This document shows positions 27,401 through 36,245 of a stretch of DNA of 64,000 nucleotides, piece after piece. The translations under genes and the position numbers were made by a program. Location of the stretch: IMG/VR virus record IMGVR_UViG_3300044266_000210, positions 32,001 to 96,000 of that record. One strand, given 5' to 3'. This DNA is from a virus (taxonomy: Duplodnaviria; Caudoviricetes). Below the pieces are notes generated by a model. The model saw nothing but the letters and a program-made list of their open reading frames with translations, did not search any database and was not told the origin of the DNA. Position 1 is the first letter of the stretch; each line of letters starts with the position of its first letter.

Positions 27401-28704
27401 AAACGACCGCCTTCTGATCTAAGTTCGTCTACCAAATCTAAAAAGTCTGCTGGCTTCAAATCACGAAGGTGTGGCATACCTTTGCGTAACTGTGCCTGTA
27501 CTTTAGGTTCTTCTGCTTCTTCAACAGGGCGATCTAATCCCACAGGTCCTTCTGAAGTTACTCTATAGTTCTTTACATAGTCTTGACGCATCTGTTCAAG
27601 ATTTTTTGGAGGAGTTATCTTTAAAGTTTTGAGTGCGTAGTTAAGTGCGGCATTCTTTTCGGCCATATCGCGCTGTGCATCACCTTTGTATAATCCTTGC
27701 GCTCCGGGAGCAAACAGTTTATCGACTAGCGCATCTAGTACCTGTTCTTTTTCTTCTGGTGTTAATACCAAATTCATGATCTCTAGTAGACCTGTAAAGC
27801 TCCAAGTCTTAGGAAGCAACTTTTTAAGTGCGCCAGTATCTATTCTTTTACCAAAGATAGTTTGAAATATAACGCCGAGGTCTTTCTCGTAACCGGCTGC
27901 AGGCAATGCTCGCATAACAGGTAACCCGTCATTTACTACCGGGCGTCCCTTTTCATCTGTAACGGGTTCATATTTTGCTCGCAGACCTCCACCTTCTTTA
28001 CTGCTGACAGCAAAACTGATCATATTATCTGTTGTAGGAACATCTTGTTCTGCACGAGCTTTACCGCGACCTACCATTTTGCGTAGTAAAAAGTCTTGTT
28101 TGGTTAATCTAGTAAACGCACCAATCAGATATTTGTGGAATACACCTTTAATACCTTGGCTTAGATCTTCCCAACTTGAACTGTGACTGAATCCTGCCCA
28201 GTCTGTAGGTTCATCTTTATCGTTGTAATCAACAAATTCAAAGTCAATCTGTACCTTTATTGGGGGATCGGTTAGTTCCCATAGACTGCTATATTGTTCA
28301 TTACCTCTGCTGTATCCTAAAAACTTAGCATTACCTACCACTTGTCCTTTTACACCATTCAACCACTGTGCTAGGTGAGGTTCGGAGTCTTTGTTAATCT
28401 GTGTATCTATGTCACCTACCTTAGGTTTGATACGCTCAAACTCATCGTCGGGTATGTCTGTATTGAAAAAATGTAGACTACTACCGCTTAGATACTTTCT
28501 ACTTTTAAGTACTTTTGGGCTCCATAGGTCATTGCCCTGGCTAGCCTTAAATCCTGCATTTATACTGTTTAATAATTGACTAAGGATAGGTACAATATAG
28601 GCACGATTGTGTACCTTAAGTTCTATCTGTTGTGCTTGGGCGCCATCTATCTCTAAATTACCGCCTTCTAAAAGTGTTCGCTTAAAAAATTCTCTTAAGA
28701 TCAT
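24385..28704 (-). CDS. Large multidomain protein: Pol-beta-type NTase + ligase-type (KxDG) NTase + HIGH-type nucleotidyltransferase + GVAE-delimited modules
   Basis: SGSS...GDID...QIDF; KIDG...EVLF...EGIVI...VKV; HVGH...VGTDR...SGTQLR; three GVAE sites. Confidence 0.75.
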   Translation of the reverse strand: MILREFFKRTLLEGGNLEIDGAQAQQIELKVHNRAYIVPILSQLLNSINAGFKASQGNDLWSPKVLKSRKYLSGSSLHFFNTDIPDDEFERIKPKVGDIDTQINKDSEPHLAQWLNGVKGQVVGNAKFLGYSRGNEQYSSLWELTDPPIKVQIDFEFVDYNDKDEPTDWAGFSHSSSWEDLSQGIKGVFHKYLIGAFTRLTKQDFLLRKMVGRGKARAEQDVPTTDNMISFAVSSKEGGGLRAKYEPVTDEKGRPVVNDGLPVMRALPAAGYEKDLGVIFQTIFGKRIDTGALKKLLPKTWSFTGLLEIMNLVLTPEEKEQVLDALVDKLFAPGAQGLYKGDAQRDMAEKNAALNYALKTLKITPPKNLEQMRQDYVKNYRVTSEGPVGLDRPVEEAEEPKVQAQLRKGMPHLRDLKPADFLDLVDELRSEGGRFKLQNIPLNVKIDGFGGRFGKNSDGKPFMGTSRTEPKYSAGFVDYHKQKGTTDPEILGRAANFDKLFGEMMKAIKVVDSKLGPEFLVDKQVTCEVLFLPFATQTEEGKLKFVGIEYDQLPQGVELVLVPYRIVEASTGNDLPDEAAQQLANLGQSGSVMFMSNRLVQEEGLDVTEIINPLENLEELKRIVSDTAGKRDRASLELRREVEAKLKPVQIALEKAIDEDPNIIGKDKLGQDYEGIVINTRLGPVKVTSEKQKDLIAQKNAARAAARAEQPRANSNKTAVVAIGSAIGHVGHQQLFNYAVQKAKQVGGDPYMFIGTAEGKDDPIPPAVKVETWRKLYPQYADNISTVSHEGGTLIQKIKHELINPLPGKAPRYDNIIITVGTDRASMADSMSKALMKAVNKFAGYEHVKVEPNVTGRGAEEGGTGVSGTQLRNVLKDPNKTPEQQFAMWNTAYNSGNYGAQKLDPAWIKHLMDIARKGMGITQQPTKQPAPKVEPQPAPLSETRLFNALIRSGKDMCTVCGQTPCNCTHINETDEKQYHGWEEYEEDKSAQVAEFLHEMQPELFSRYGDEYLMNVIQQVCRKNPQASVTQSASAVIRHLKSSVDEARMSAAVKLQRAFDRERAKSDASRRRGEEVMAQAKKDAEKKQQQGVAEGLAELVQIKYWQQDTMESGRWVKTKPMPRTTAEKVVDSFPRGEIVDVEQGVAEAGIDRRGFLKGLGAATLGATGVNAMAKGGGGGGGHGGSGGHASSGGGHASGGKGGSSGGKGGSVSGHGSEVASNPFHPGSPYYPAVAGARGGAAGNEIDRQEYIKFLTSYADAIRAGKMTPDMRKWLNAHPDVMDDLRRGPHGLTMGQLNADLVDIEARKNYHLMPKNEGVAEGESKAMAQTAKRLTDPKDGATAKLRAAGDKRREEHLKGRDIAKKNEAMLPKSTFAGSDRNKLGPAGQWKNTGPSKNRPARAGDLVGGAAESVNEDLDRIFASLIDKIIMNEAIQNNQRRS
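24747..25439 (-). repeat. Three exact in-frame 15-bp direct repeats AAGGTGTGGCGGAAG
   Basis: Plus-strand CTTCCGCCACACCTT at 24747-24761, 25266-25280 and 25425-25439; spacings 519 and 159 nt. Confidence 0.9.
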
Positions 28705-28705
28705 G

Positions 28706-29074
28706 TTACATTCCTATTTTATATTTGCCTTTGACAACATCTTCTTTGTAATGATCTAATAAGCGCTCACACATATCCTTTCTTAGTTCTTCGGAAAACA
28801 CTTTACCTAATTTTCCTTTTAATTTTTTATGTTCGTAGTATTCTTTGCAACCTTTTAGAACCATTGGCATGAATTCTTTAATTGCTTCGTCCTTACTATA
28901 ATTGCCTTTTTTAGAGGCTAACTTTCTAGCAATAGGAAAGAAATAATCTTTATGCAGTTTGTCGTGGTCAACGATGTACCAGAACAGATCGTCGCTGATG
29001 TTTTTATCATCGCGGCCCTTCTGAAGGTCTTTTACAGGGTCTAGGTTTTTGCCAAAGAATTCGTTAAGTAGCAT
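28706..29074 (-). CDS. Hypothetical, probable internal head protein
   Basis: Start MLLNEFF; TAAATA at 29115-29120. Confidence 0.65.
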   Translation of the reverse strand: MLLNEFFGKNLDPVKDLQKGRDDKNISDDLFWYIVDHDKLHKDYFFPIARKLASKKGNYSKDEAIKEFMPMVLKGCKEYYEHKKLKGKLGKVFSEELRKDMCERLLDHYKEDVVKGKYKIGM

Positions 29075-29143
29075 AATTGTTCCAAAAGTATACACAGATA
29101 CTCTAAGTATAGAGTATTTATTATATTTTATTCTTTTGGAAAA

Positions 29144-29560
29144 TTAGTGATTGTAGTAGATACTGTCTACTTGACCTGCTTCGATAACAACAACTCCACG
29201 GACCCACACAAAATTACCTGTGAAATTATGATAAGATGAATGTGCTGATACAGTATTTCCGCTGTAAGAGCTACTATATTCAGTTTGTTGTTCTTCTGTG
29301 TCTGTAATATTAAACCAGTCTGCTTCCGTTGGGCTAGTAGCCAAGCTAGCCTGCATGGTTATAGTACCTATGAAATTGCTATCGTAAGTATACATAACAG
29401 TATGTAAACCATCACTAGAACCAAAGTAACCGTCGCCCTTAGCAGGAATACTTTTATAGACTAGAGTCTGGTTACTAGCAGTAAACAATGGATATGTAAC
29501 CTGTACACTGGCTGTATTTGTATAGGTAATGAATTCTAAACCTTGGGCTAAACTGGACAT
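29144..29560 (-). CDS. Hypothetical beta-rich virion protein
   Basis: 138 aa, TAAATA plus GAGG upstream. Confidence 0.6.
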   Translation of the reverse strand: MSSLAQGLEFITYTNTASVQVTYPLFTASNQTLVYKSIPAKGDGYFGSSDGLHTVMYTYDSNFIGTITMQASLATSPTEADWFNITDTEEQQTEYSSSYSGNTVSAHSSYHNFTGNFVWVRGVVVIEAGQVDSIYYNH

Positions 29561-30258
29561 GTTGATTCCTCTGACTGGGTATTTATCAAAGATCTTGGAA
29601 CAAATTCTTCGATCTTTGATGCCCTGTCGCCTAAAAACAGCAACAACATGCTTAGAGTAGGGCCGTCTTCAACATATATACTTGGATTGGTTACCCATCG
29701 TTTTCTATTTGTTAACCAGTTTGCTACACTTACAGGAACACGCATTTTTCCGTTGTATTTGGCCATCCAAGACCAGAGGTTATCTTTGAGAGTTTGATTA
29801 ATGTTTTCTTTAATATGTAATTTGTACTGGTATTGTTTGAAGGGTAAATGATTGCAGAGCACTTTTTTATGTCCGTTGTCTAACATATATTGATACTCTG
29901 CATCATTAGCAGGCTCGTACACCGCTTGAATCCAGTTACTCATTTTTTTACATATTTGTTTGAACAGTTTGGTATCGTTGCAGTATATACTAAAGATACT
30001 GCCCTCAGTTCTTACAAATATATCTTTATCTAAAAATACATCAATATCTTTAATAAACTCTAATAGTTTAATAGGATCAAATTCTTGTTCTCTTCTAGCA
30101 AAGAATCCTGAGGCATGTATTTGTTTAGTCAAGCATTGTGCAACGGCATACTGAATACCGTTTCGTTTTATCATATAAGATCCTTTGCAATAGCATTTGA
30201 TCTTATATGAATATTTGTGGTAGAACAGCTTATGCGTTGTCAGTTTCTGGTAGCTCAT
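29548..30258 (-). CDS. Hypothetical protein
   Basis: ORF directly downstream of clpA; start uncertain. Confidence 0.65.
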   Translation of the reverse strand: MSYQKLTTHKLFYHKYSYKIKCYCKGSYMIKRNGIQYAVAQCLTKQIHASGFFARREQEFDPIKLLEFIKDIDVFLDKDIFVRTEGSIFSIYCNDTKLFKQICKKMSNWIQAVYEPANDAEYQYMLDNGHKKVLCNHLPFKQYQYKLHIKENINQTLKDNLWSWMAKYNGKMRVPVSVANWLTNRKRWVTNPSIYVEDGPTLSMLLLFLGDRASKIEEFVPRSLINTQSEESTCPV

Positions 30259-32500
30259 CTTTGGCCTTTTCAATAGGCATTATGTCTATAACGTTGATTT
30301 TTAGCTCACTGTTTTCAACTATAATTTCAACAACCCCGCCATTTACTAACTTACCAAAAAGTATTTCTTTGCTTAAAGGTCGTTTAATATAGTCATCGAT
30401 ACAGCGTTGTAGAGGACGAGCACCCATTTTGCTATTAAATCCTTTGGTAATCAGCCACTCAACTGCTTCCGATGTAGGCTTAACATGAATATTTTTATCT
30501 TTAATTTGAGCATTAAGTTCATCAATGAACTTCTTAACAACTCGAATCATGGTCTGTTGATCTAGCTTACCAAACTTAATAACACCATCTAAACGATTTC
30601 GGAATTCGGGTGCAAAGAATCGGTTAACAGCATCTTTCGGATCGCTATCTCGCTCTAAACTACCAAAGCCTACACTATTCTTTTCAGCATCAGCGGCACC
30701 TAGGTTACTAGTCATAATAAGAATAGCATTTCTTGCATCTGCTTTCTTGCCATTACTACCTGTAACAAACCCGTTATCCATTACCTGTAGCAGAACTGTA
30801 AGAACACTAGGGTGTGCTTTTTCAACTTCGTCTAACAACAGTACACAGTTAGGTGTTTCTTGTAGGCTTGTGATTAACAATCCTGCATTGTCTTCGTAGC
30901 CTACATAACCCGGAGGAGCACCGATGAACTTGGCTACACTGTGTTGTTCTTGATATTCACTCATATCAAAGCGCACTAGTTTAATACCAAGATTTTGTGC
31001 CAACTGTTTAGCAGCCTCAGTCTTACCCACACCGGTTGGTCCTACAAATAAGAAGTTACCGATAGGACGGGTAGGTGATTTCAATCCTGCCTGTGCGATA
31101 AAGACCTTATCTAGTAGGCTTTCGATAGCTTGTTCCTGCCCAAAGACCTTAGACTTCATATTCTTTTCTAGGTTAGGTAAGTTGCTGGTCTCTTTACTGT
31201 TAATACTTTCAATAGGAATATTAGCAATACGACTAATTTCAAACAAGATTTCATCATGGTCAACAATACCGCCCTCTTCGTCTCGTAGTTTGAAACGAGC
31301 ACTAGCACAGTCAATTAGGTCAATAGCCTTATCTGGTAGTTTCTTATCGCTAAGATACTTAACGCTATATTTCACGCTGTCAATGACAGCCTGGTTAGTA
31401 ATCTTAACACCGTGATGTTTTTCGTAATACTTCTTAAGACCTTTGATAATCTTAACAGCAGTTGCCTCATCTGGCTCATCAATTACTACACGTTGGAATC
31501 GACGCATCAGAGCACGATCCTTTTCAAAGTGCTTACGGTATTCTTCCCATGTAGTACTGGCGATAACTTTAATTGTACCCTTACCTAATGTGCTTTTAAG
31601 CATATTGGCCATATCATTACTGTTATTACCTGCGGCACCAGCACCATTCATCATGTGTGCTTCGTCAATGAATAGGATACACTTACCTTTCTTTTCGAGA
31701 CCATGAATAACAGCCTTGAGTCGTTCTTCAAAGTCTCCACGGTATTTGCTGCCAGCTAGCATGGCGCTGATGTCCAGGCTATAGACAGTATGATCCTGCA
31801 CAAACTTAGGAACATTACCTTCGTAGATTTTACGAGCAAGTCCTTCTGCAATAGCAGTCTTACCTACACCTGGATCGCCTATCATAATAGCATTGGACTT
31901 AGTGCGGCGTGCTAACACCAGTTGAATTTCTTCAATTTCTTTTTCACGACCAATGACAGGATCAATTTTCTTACTCTTGGCTCTTGCACTAAGGTTTAGG
32001 CAAAATTGACTGATAAATTTTTCAAGTTGAGGATTTATTCCTTTGCCTTCATCTTCTTCGCCTTCTTGTACAACTTCTTTTTTAACAAAATTAATAAAGT
32101 TGTCCTTATCGATATTGGCCTTACGCATGAGATAGTTTGCGTGGCTTTTCTTTTCACCAAACATACTAATAAAACAATCTATTGGGCTAATAATTTGTCG
32201 GCCACTAAACAGTACTTGTGTAAAAGCACGATTCAACATACGGTCAACGCTAACCGTTTTCTTTGGCTTGCCAACTGTTTCGCTAACAATATCTTTCAGC
32301 TCGTTGCTGATAAAATTTTCAAGATCTTCTCTGAAAGTTTTAACATCTGCACCAAATGCTTCTAAAATTTTTGCAAACGATTCATGACTTACCATGCTAT
32401 ACAAAAAGTGCTCGAGTGTTACGTATTCGTGTTTGTTAACACTGGCAACTTGAACAGCATGTTCAAAAATCTTCTCTAGATCCTTATCGGGTTCCAACAT
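30230..32500 (-). CDS. clpA: ATP-dependent Clp protease ATPase subunit
   Basis: Clp N-domain, GDPGVGKT, GPTGVGKTE, DKAIDLID, VGF ClpP-docking loop; no long M-domain. Confidence 0.93.
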   Translation of the reverse strand: MLEPDKDLEKIFEHAVQVASVNKHEYVTLEHFLYSMVSHESFAKILEAFGADVKTFREDLENFISNELKDIVSETVGKPKKTVSVDRMLNRAFTQVLFSGRQIISPIDCFISMFGEKKSHANYLMRKANIDKDNFINFVKKEVVQEGEEDEGKGINPQLEKFISQFCLNLSARAKSKKIDPVIGREKEIEEIQLVLARRTKSNAIMIGDPGVGKTAIAEGLARKIYEGNVPKFVQDHTVYSLDISAMLAGSKYRGDFEERLKAVIHGLEKKGKCILFIDEAHMMNGAGAAGNNSNDMANMLKSTLGKGTIKVIASTTWEEYRKHFEKDRALMRRFQRVVIDEPDEATAVKIIKGLKKYYEKHHGVKITNQAVIDSVKYSVKYLSDKKLPDKAIDLIDCASARFKLRDEEGGIVDHDEILFEISRIANIPIESINSKETSNLPNLEKNMKSKVFGQEQAIESLLDKVFIAQAGLKSPTRPIGNFLFVGPTGVGKTEAAKQLAQNLGIKLVRFDMSEYQEQHSVAKFIGAPPGYVGYEDNAGLLITSLQETPNCVLLLDEVEKAHPSVLTVLLQVMDNGFVTGSNGKKADARNAILIMTSNLGAADAEKNSVGFGSLERDSDPKDAVNRFFAPEFRNRLDGVIKFGKLDQQTMIRVVKKFIDELNAQIKDKNIHVKPTSEAVEWLITKGFNSKMGARPLQRCIDDYIKRPLSKEILFGKLVNGGVVEIIVENSELKINVIDIMPIEKAKDELPETDNA

Positions 32501-32505
32501 TTAGT

Positions 32506-33000
32506 TTATTTCCTTTTCTTACTCTTTTTCACAGCCATTGCCCATTTAAGGGTACTGACGCGATCTTGAAAAACAATACCTTCCAAATGATCTAGTTCAT
32601 GTAGGAAGCATTTGCAACTATAACCTTCGAATTCGGACTCTTGCCATTCGCCTTTTGAATTTTGCCAACGAGCAAGAATTTTCTTAGGTCTCTTAATATT
32701 AACATAAATTCCTGGAAAACTCAAGCATCCTTCTTCCAAGTCTTCAACCTCATCAACTGTAGCAACAACTACAGGATTAAAAAATGCCTGTGCATCTTCT
32801 GGAGCGCCATTCCATCCCATGGCAAACACACGGTATGGAAGACCGACCTGTGTTGCAGCCAATCCAATACCATCGGCAGTTAGCATTGTTTCTACTAGTT
32901 CTTTTTCTAACTGTTCAGGATCAACGGGAGGATTTTCAAAATCCCAGACAGGGGTTTGTATTCTTAAAATTGAATTTGGAAATTTTACAATTTGCTTCAT
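32506..33000 (-). CDS. def: Peptide deformylase
   Basis: GIGLAATQ, EGCLS, HELDHL. Confidence 0.95.
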   Translation of the reverse strand: MKQIVKFPNSILRIQTPVWDFENPPVDPEQLEKELVETMLTADGIGLAATQVGLPYRVFAMGWNGAPEDAQAFFNPVVVATVDEVEDLEEGCLSFPGIYVNIKRPKKILARWQNSKGEWQESEFEGYSCKCFLHELDHLEGIVFQDRVSTLKWAMAVKKSKKRK

Positions 33001-33008
33001 AAAAGTAT

Positions 33009-33851
33009 TTACTGAAAATGTTCTTTGAGTATTTGTTTCTGTGCATCTGTAAGATTATCTGGAATAATAATATTGATGTGTATTAGTAATCTACCCTGAT
33101 ATCGATTGTCGCTCATTTTTGGCATGCCATAACCTGCCGCCGCCATAACCTGGCCGTGTTGTGTTCCAGGTTTAATTGTAAGTTCTAATGTTTTTTCGTC
33201 AATGGTCTGTATGTTAATTTTTTTACCAACCATTGCATCGATACAGCTTAAATTCAATGTGCAATTTAAATCATCTCCGGTCCTTTGGAAAATTTTATTA
33301 GGCTGTACATTAACAGTGAGATGTATATCACCGCGAGGCATATTAGGGATACTATCGTCGCCCATTCCGGACAGTCTCAATGTAGTTCCGTCCTGGACAC
33401 CTGCAGGAATTTTAATCTGAAGTATTTGATCTCGACCAGTTGGCAGTGTTATATTGGCAACTAAGTCTTTACCATAGAACGCATCTTCTAGTGTTATGGT
33501 TGTCTGAATGTTTAAAGTTCTGTTGCGTTGAGGTTGCGCGGCATTCCTGAAATTAAACCCATTTCCAAAAGGATTAAATCCTCCACCGAACATTTGATTT
33601 ATTACATCCTCGAATCCCGGCGGCATTCCGCTCTGGTTAAATTCGTTGCCAAACTGAGGTGCAGGATTATCGTATGCTGCCTTTTTCTGGGGATCACTAA
33701 GTGTATCGTATGCTACCTGTATCTCTTGAAACTTTTGTGTGTCACCGCCCTTATCCGGATGGTGCTGACTGGCTAACCTACGAAAGGCCTTTTTAATTTC
33801 ATCTGGGGAAGCGTCTTTATTAACGCCCAAAGTTTCGTAATGGGTTGCCAT
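33009..33851 (-). CDS. DnaJ/CbpA-type co-chaperone without zinc finger
   Basis: J domain with HPD, G/F-rich linker, C-terminal DnaJ domain. Confidence 0.92.
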   Translation of the reverse strand: MATHYETLGVNKDASPDEIKKAFRRLASQHHPDKGGDTQKFQEIQVAYDTLSDPQKKAAYDNPAPQFGNEFNQSGMPPGFEDVINQMFGGGFNPFGNGFNFRNAAQPQRNRTLNIQTTITLEDAFYGKDLVANITLPTGRDQILQIKIPAGVQDGTTLRLSGMGDDSIPNMPRGDIHLTVNVQPNKIFQRTGDDLNCTLNLSCIDAMVGKKINIQTIDEKTLELTIKPGTQHGQVMAAAGYGMPKMSDNRYQGRLLIHINIIIPDNLTDAQKQILKEHFQ

Positions 33852-33854
33852 AAT

Positions 33855-33901
33855 AGAAAAAGGTATAGTAAATTATACTATACCCTTTCTGGATTTGTCA
33901 A
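33855..33901 (-). promoter_or_regulatory. Sigma70 promoter overlapping a terminator-like inverted repeat
   Basis: TTGACA-N18-TATAAT; GGTATAGTA-TAATT-TACTATACC-TTTTT spans the -10. Confidence 0.65.
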
Positions 33902-33905
33902 GCTA

Positions 33906-34118
33906 TTATTTTTTCTTAGCGTCTGGTACTTTGTCGCCTTCGACTTTTTTATGAACTTTGATAGTCTTGCAGACTTCTTTTTCCTTTTTAGTCTTTGGAT
34001 CTACTTTAGTTTCGCAGACTTTCTTTTCTTCACCGCCTGCCCACGCTGTCATAGGTTTGAACATTATGGCCACGCAGGCAATTAATATCCATGCAAACAT
34101 TTTAATTTTTTCTCTCAT
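33906..34118 (-). CDS. Small secreted protein
   Basis: Signal peptide ending AWA, two Cys, Lys-rich. Confidence 0.65.
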   Translation of the reverse strand: MREKIKMFAWILIACVAIMFKPMTAWAGGEEKKVCETKVDPKTKKEKEVCKTIKVHKKVEGDKVPDAKKK

Positions 34119-34128
34119 AATATTCTCC

Positions 34129-34716
34129 TTATAGAACTGGGTCGCTACCCTGAGGTACTATTTTTTTTCCGCCGGCTGTTGTGGCAACTGCGGAGCCATT
34201 CGATTGCGCTCCAAATCCTGTACCGCCGCCAAAGCCTGCTGTGCTCGGAGTTGCTGTAGGTGCGCCTCCAAACCCGCCTGCGCCAGGTGCGGCGCTACCG
34301 AATCCACTCGGAGCGGCTCCAAACCCTCCTGTTGAAGGTGCGCCAAATGCTGGCGACCCGCCGAATCCATTGGTGTTTTGTTGTCCACTTCCAAATCCTC
34401 CTGAGACATTACCTGTCATGTTTTGCGTATTGATTGTTTGTGTCGCTGTAGGATTAGCGGCTGTGCCTGCTAATTTTTCTTGTGTACGACCAAATGCAGC
34501 AATACCAAGAACTGCACCCATTGCAATATGGAACAATCCAGCACCTTGTAGTGTTAGTGGATTCCATTGAGTAATTTGTTGATGCTGAAAGGCCTGTAGT
34601 AAAGACCACAATACAGGAAATACTGCCATATCTAATAAACAGATTAGCATGTACATCCATCCCATGGCCGGACGCCATAATGTCTGCATCCAGTTATCGT
34701 TTTTTTCTTTTGACAT
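34129..34716 (-). CDS. Holin-like membrane protein (GTA 3TM-type) with Gly/Phe-rich tail
   Basis: WRPAMGW, GAVLGIAAFGRTQEK; located in the lysis cluster. Confidence 0.7.
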   Translation of the reverse strand: MSKEKNDNWMQTLWRPAMGWMYMLICLLDMAVFPVLWSLLQAFQHQQITQWNPLTLQGAGLFHIAMGAVLGIAAFGRTQEKLAGTAANPTATQTINTQNMTGNVSGGFGSGQQNTNGFGGSPAFGAPSTGGFGAAPSGFGSAAPGAGGFGGAPTATPSTAGFGGGTGFGAQSNGSAVATTAGGKKIVPQGSDPVL

Positions 34717-34725
34717 ATCTGCTCC

Positions 34726-35289
34726 TTAGAACCAAAGGAATAATCCGTTGGCTGATAATAATAATCCAATTCCTGCTACTACAAAGCTAGACCAAAACAT
34801 TGGCATACTAACTGCTAGAATACTAGCAGAAAGAATAACAATGGCTAATTGATATGCTGTTGAGGCATAACCAATCCATGGACTACCTTTCTTAGCTTCT
34901 TCTCGTGTTGTTTCCATTGCACGAGCTTTTTCTGCAATTTCTTTCTTGTCAGCGTCCATGCGCTCTTTTTCAGCTGCAAATTTTTCTTTTAGTGCTTTAT
35001 CGCTTGTAGTTAAACTAGCAATCTCATAACTTACACCACGCCCATTCTTTGCTTGATACTGTGCCCAAGCATTGTTTGCGCCTAATGTATTGTTTAATAC
35101 CGTGCTAGATAGTTTACCAGCGTACCACGAGTTTACTGCTAAGAATAAAGCAAATACTGAAATAACCATGCCTGCTTTGTCTTTGATCTTTGCTTCGCGT
35201 TCTGATCGTGATCCAACTGGTGCTTTTGGTGCATCTGGATCTTTAGGTTGTTTGTTAATTAGATTTAGTACCGAATCTACTAATGCCAT
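34726..35289 (-). CDS. Membrane protein (DUF4337-like)
   Basis: TM helix, WAQYQAK, coiled region, two C-terminal TM helices. Confidence 0.65.
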   Translation of the reverse strand: MALVDSVLNLINKQPKDPDAPKAPVGSRSEREAKIKDKAGMVISVFALFLAVNSWYAGKLSSTVLNNTLGANNAWAQYQAKNGRGVSYEIASLTTSDKALKEKFAAEKERMDADKKEIAEKARAMETTREEAKKGSPWIGYASTAYQLAIVILSASILAVSMPMFWSSFVVAGIGLLLSANGLFLWF

Positions 35290-35318
35290 CTCTCGCTCCT
35301 ATTAAGTGTTAGTATTAT

Positions 35319-35573
35319 TTACACAAATTTGGCAATTGTTATCAATCCGTTAATTGCAGTGTTTAATCGCTCCATTGACTGCAATTCTGCCATATTTGCC
35401 TGTATGTTTACCTGTCGTTGTACATCTTCTACAAGTTCTATATATTCTTCTCGGCTAATCTGTCCTGCTTTACACATTTCTGTTAGCTCGTTTACCTGTT
35501 GTGCCGCTGCCTGTATGTTAGGATTTACACTGCTGATACTGGCCAGTAAGCTCTGATTATGCTCTATGCTCAT
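35319..35573 (-). CDS. Hypothetical protein
   Basis: 84 aa. Confidence 0.65.
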   Translation of the reverse strand: MSIEHNQSLLASISSVNPNIQAAAQQVNELTEMCKAGQISREEYIELVEDVQRQVNIQANMAELQSMERLNTAINGLITIAKFV

Positions 35574-35971
35574 TTAGGTTTATCTCCTATAATTTTCTGC
35601 ATACTTTCAGCAGATGTTTCTACACTTTGAAATTTTATTTTACAAAATGCAGGACTAACTTTATCTGATTTAGTGTATTGATCTTTTAGTCCCTGTGCTA
35701 TTTTATCTAAGTCCACGCTGGCCGCAATAACTTTATCGTTGCGAGGCAGGTATTGGACAAATTGCTTAAATGTTAGTGTCTTATTTGCCAGCGTTTCTGC
35801 TTGCAGTTTAGCCTGTGCCGGGCTGTCACAACTGCCTTTACTTAGATAGGCGGTTGTTCTAATGTCTGCAATCTGCTGATATTCGTTTGGATCATACTTC
35901 ATTAAAAATGCATCAACTGCGGCACACCCTGATAGTAATATTAAAACTGCGGTGGTGGCAACTAATTTCAT
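35570..35971 (-). CDS. Lipoprotein
   Basis: Lipobox LSGC after a hydrophobic signal. Confidence 0.75.
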   Translation of the reverse strand: MKLVATTAVLILLSGCAAVDAFLMKYDPNEYQQIADIRTTAYLSKGSCDSPAQAKLQAETLANKTLTFKQFVQYLPRNDKVIAASVDLDKIAQGLKDQYTKSDKVSPAFCKIKFQSVETSAESMQKIIGDKPK

Positions 35972-35973
35972 TT

Positions 35974-36243
35974 TTATCTCCTGGCAAATTCTCGAGCTCT
36001 TTGTTCTGCAGCCATAGCTTCCACTGCTAATTGTTCTGCAACTTCTCGAGCTTTCTGTGCGGCTTCTACTGCGGCTTCATGTTGCCTTTGTGTAGCTTCG
36101 GCGGCACGATTTCTTGCATCTTCCAATGCCCTTTCTGCCTTGTCAATATCTTCAACAGCATGGTCCGCATACTTTTTTGCGTCCATAAAAAGACGCATGA
36201 GTTTTTTGGCAGCAGCCTGTTCAATTTTTCTTAATAATCCCAT
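35974..36243 (-). CDS. Coiled-coil hypothetical protein
   Basis: Ala/Glu-rich, 89 aa. Confidence 0.65.
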   Translation of the reverse strand: MGLLRKIEQAAAKKLMRLFMDAKKYADHAVEDIDKAERALEDARNRAAEATQRQHEAAVEAAQKAREVAEQLAVEAMAAEQRAREFARR

Positions 36244-36245
36244 GA

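Noticed and set aside
29098-29120. Hairpin overlapping TAAATA as another SD lock
   Set aside because: The stem is more than 20 nt from the likely start codon and does not cover an SD.
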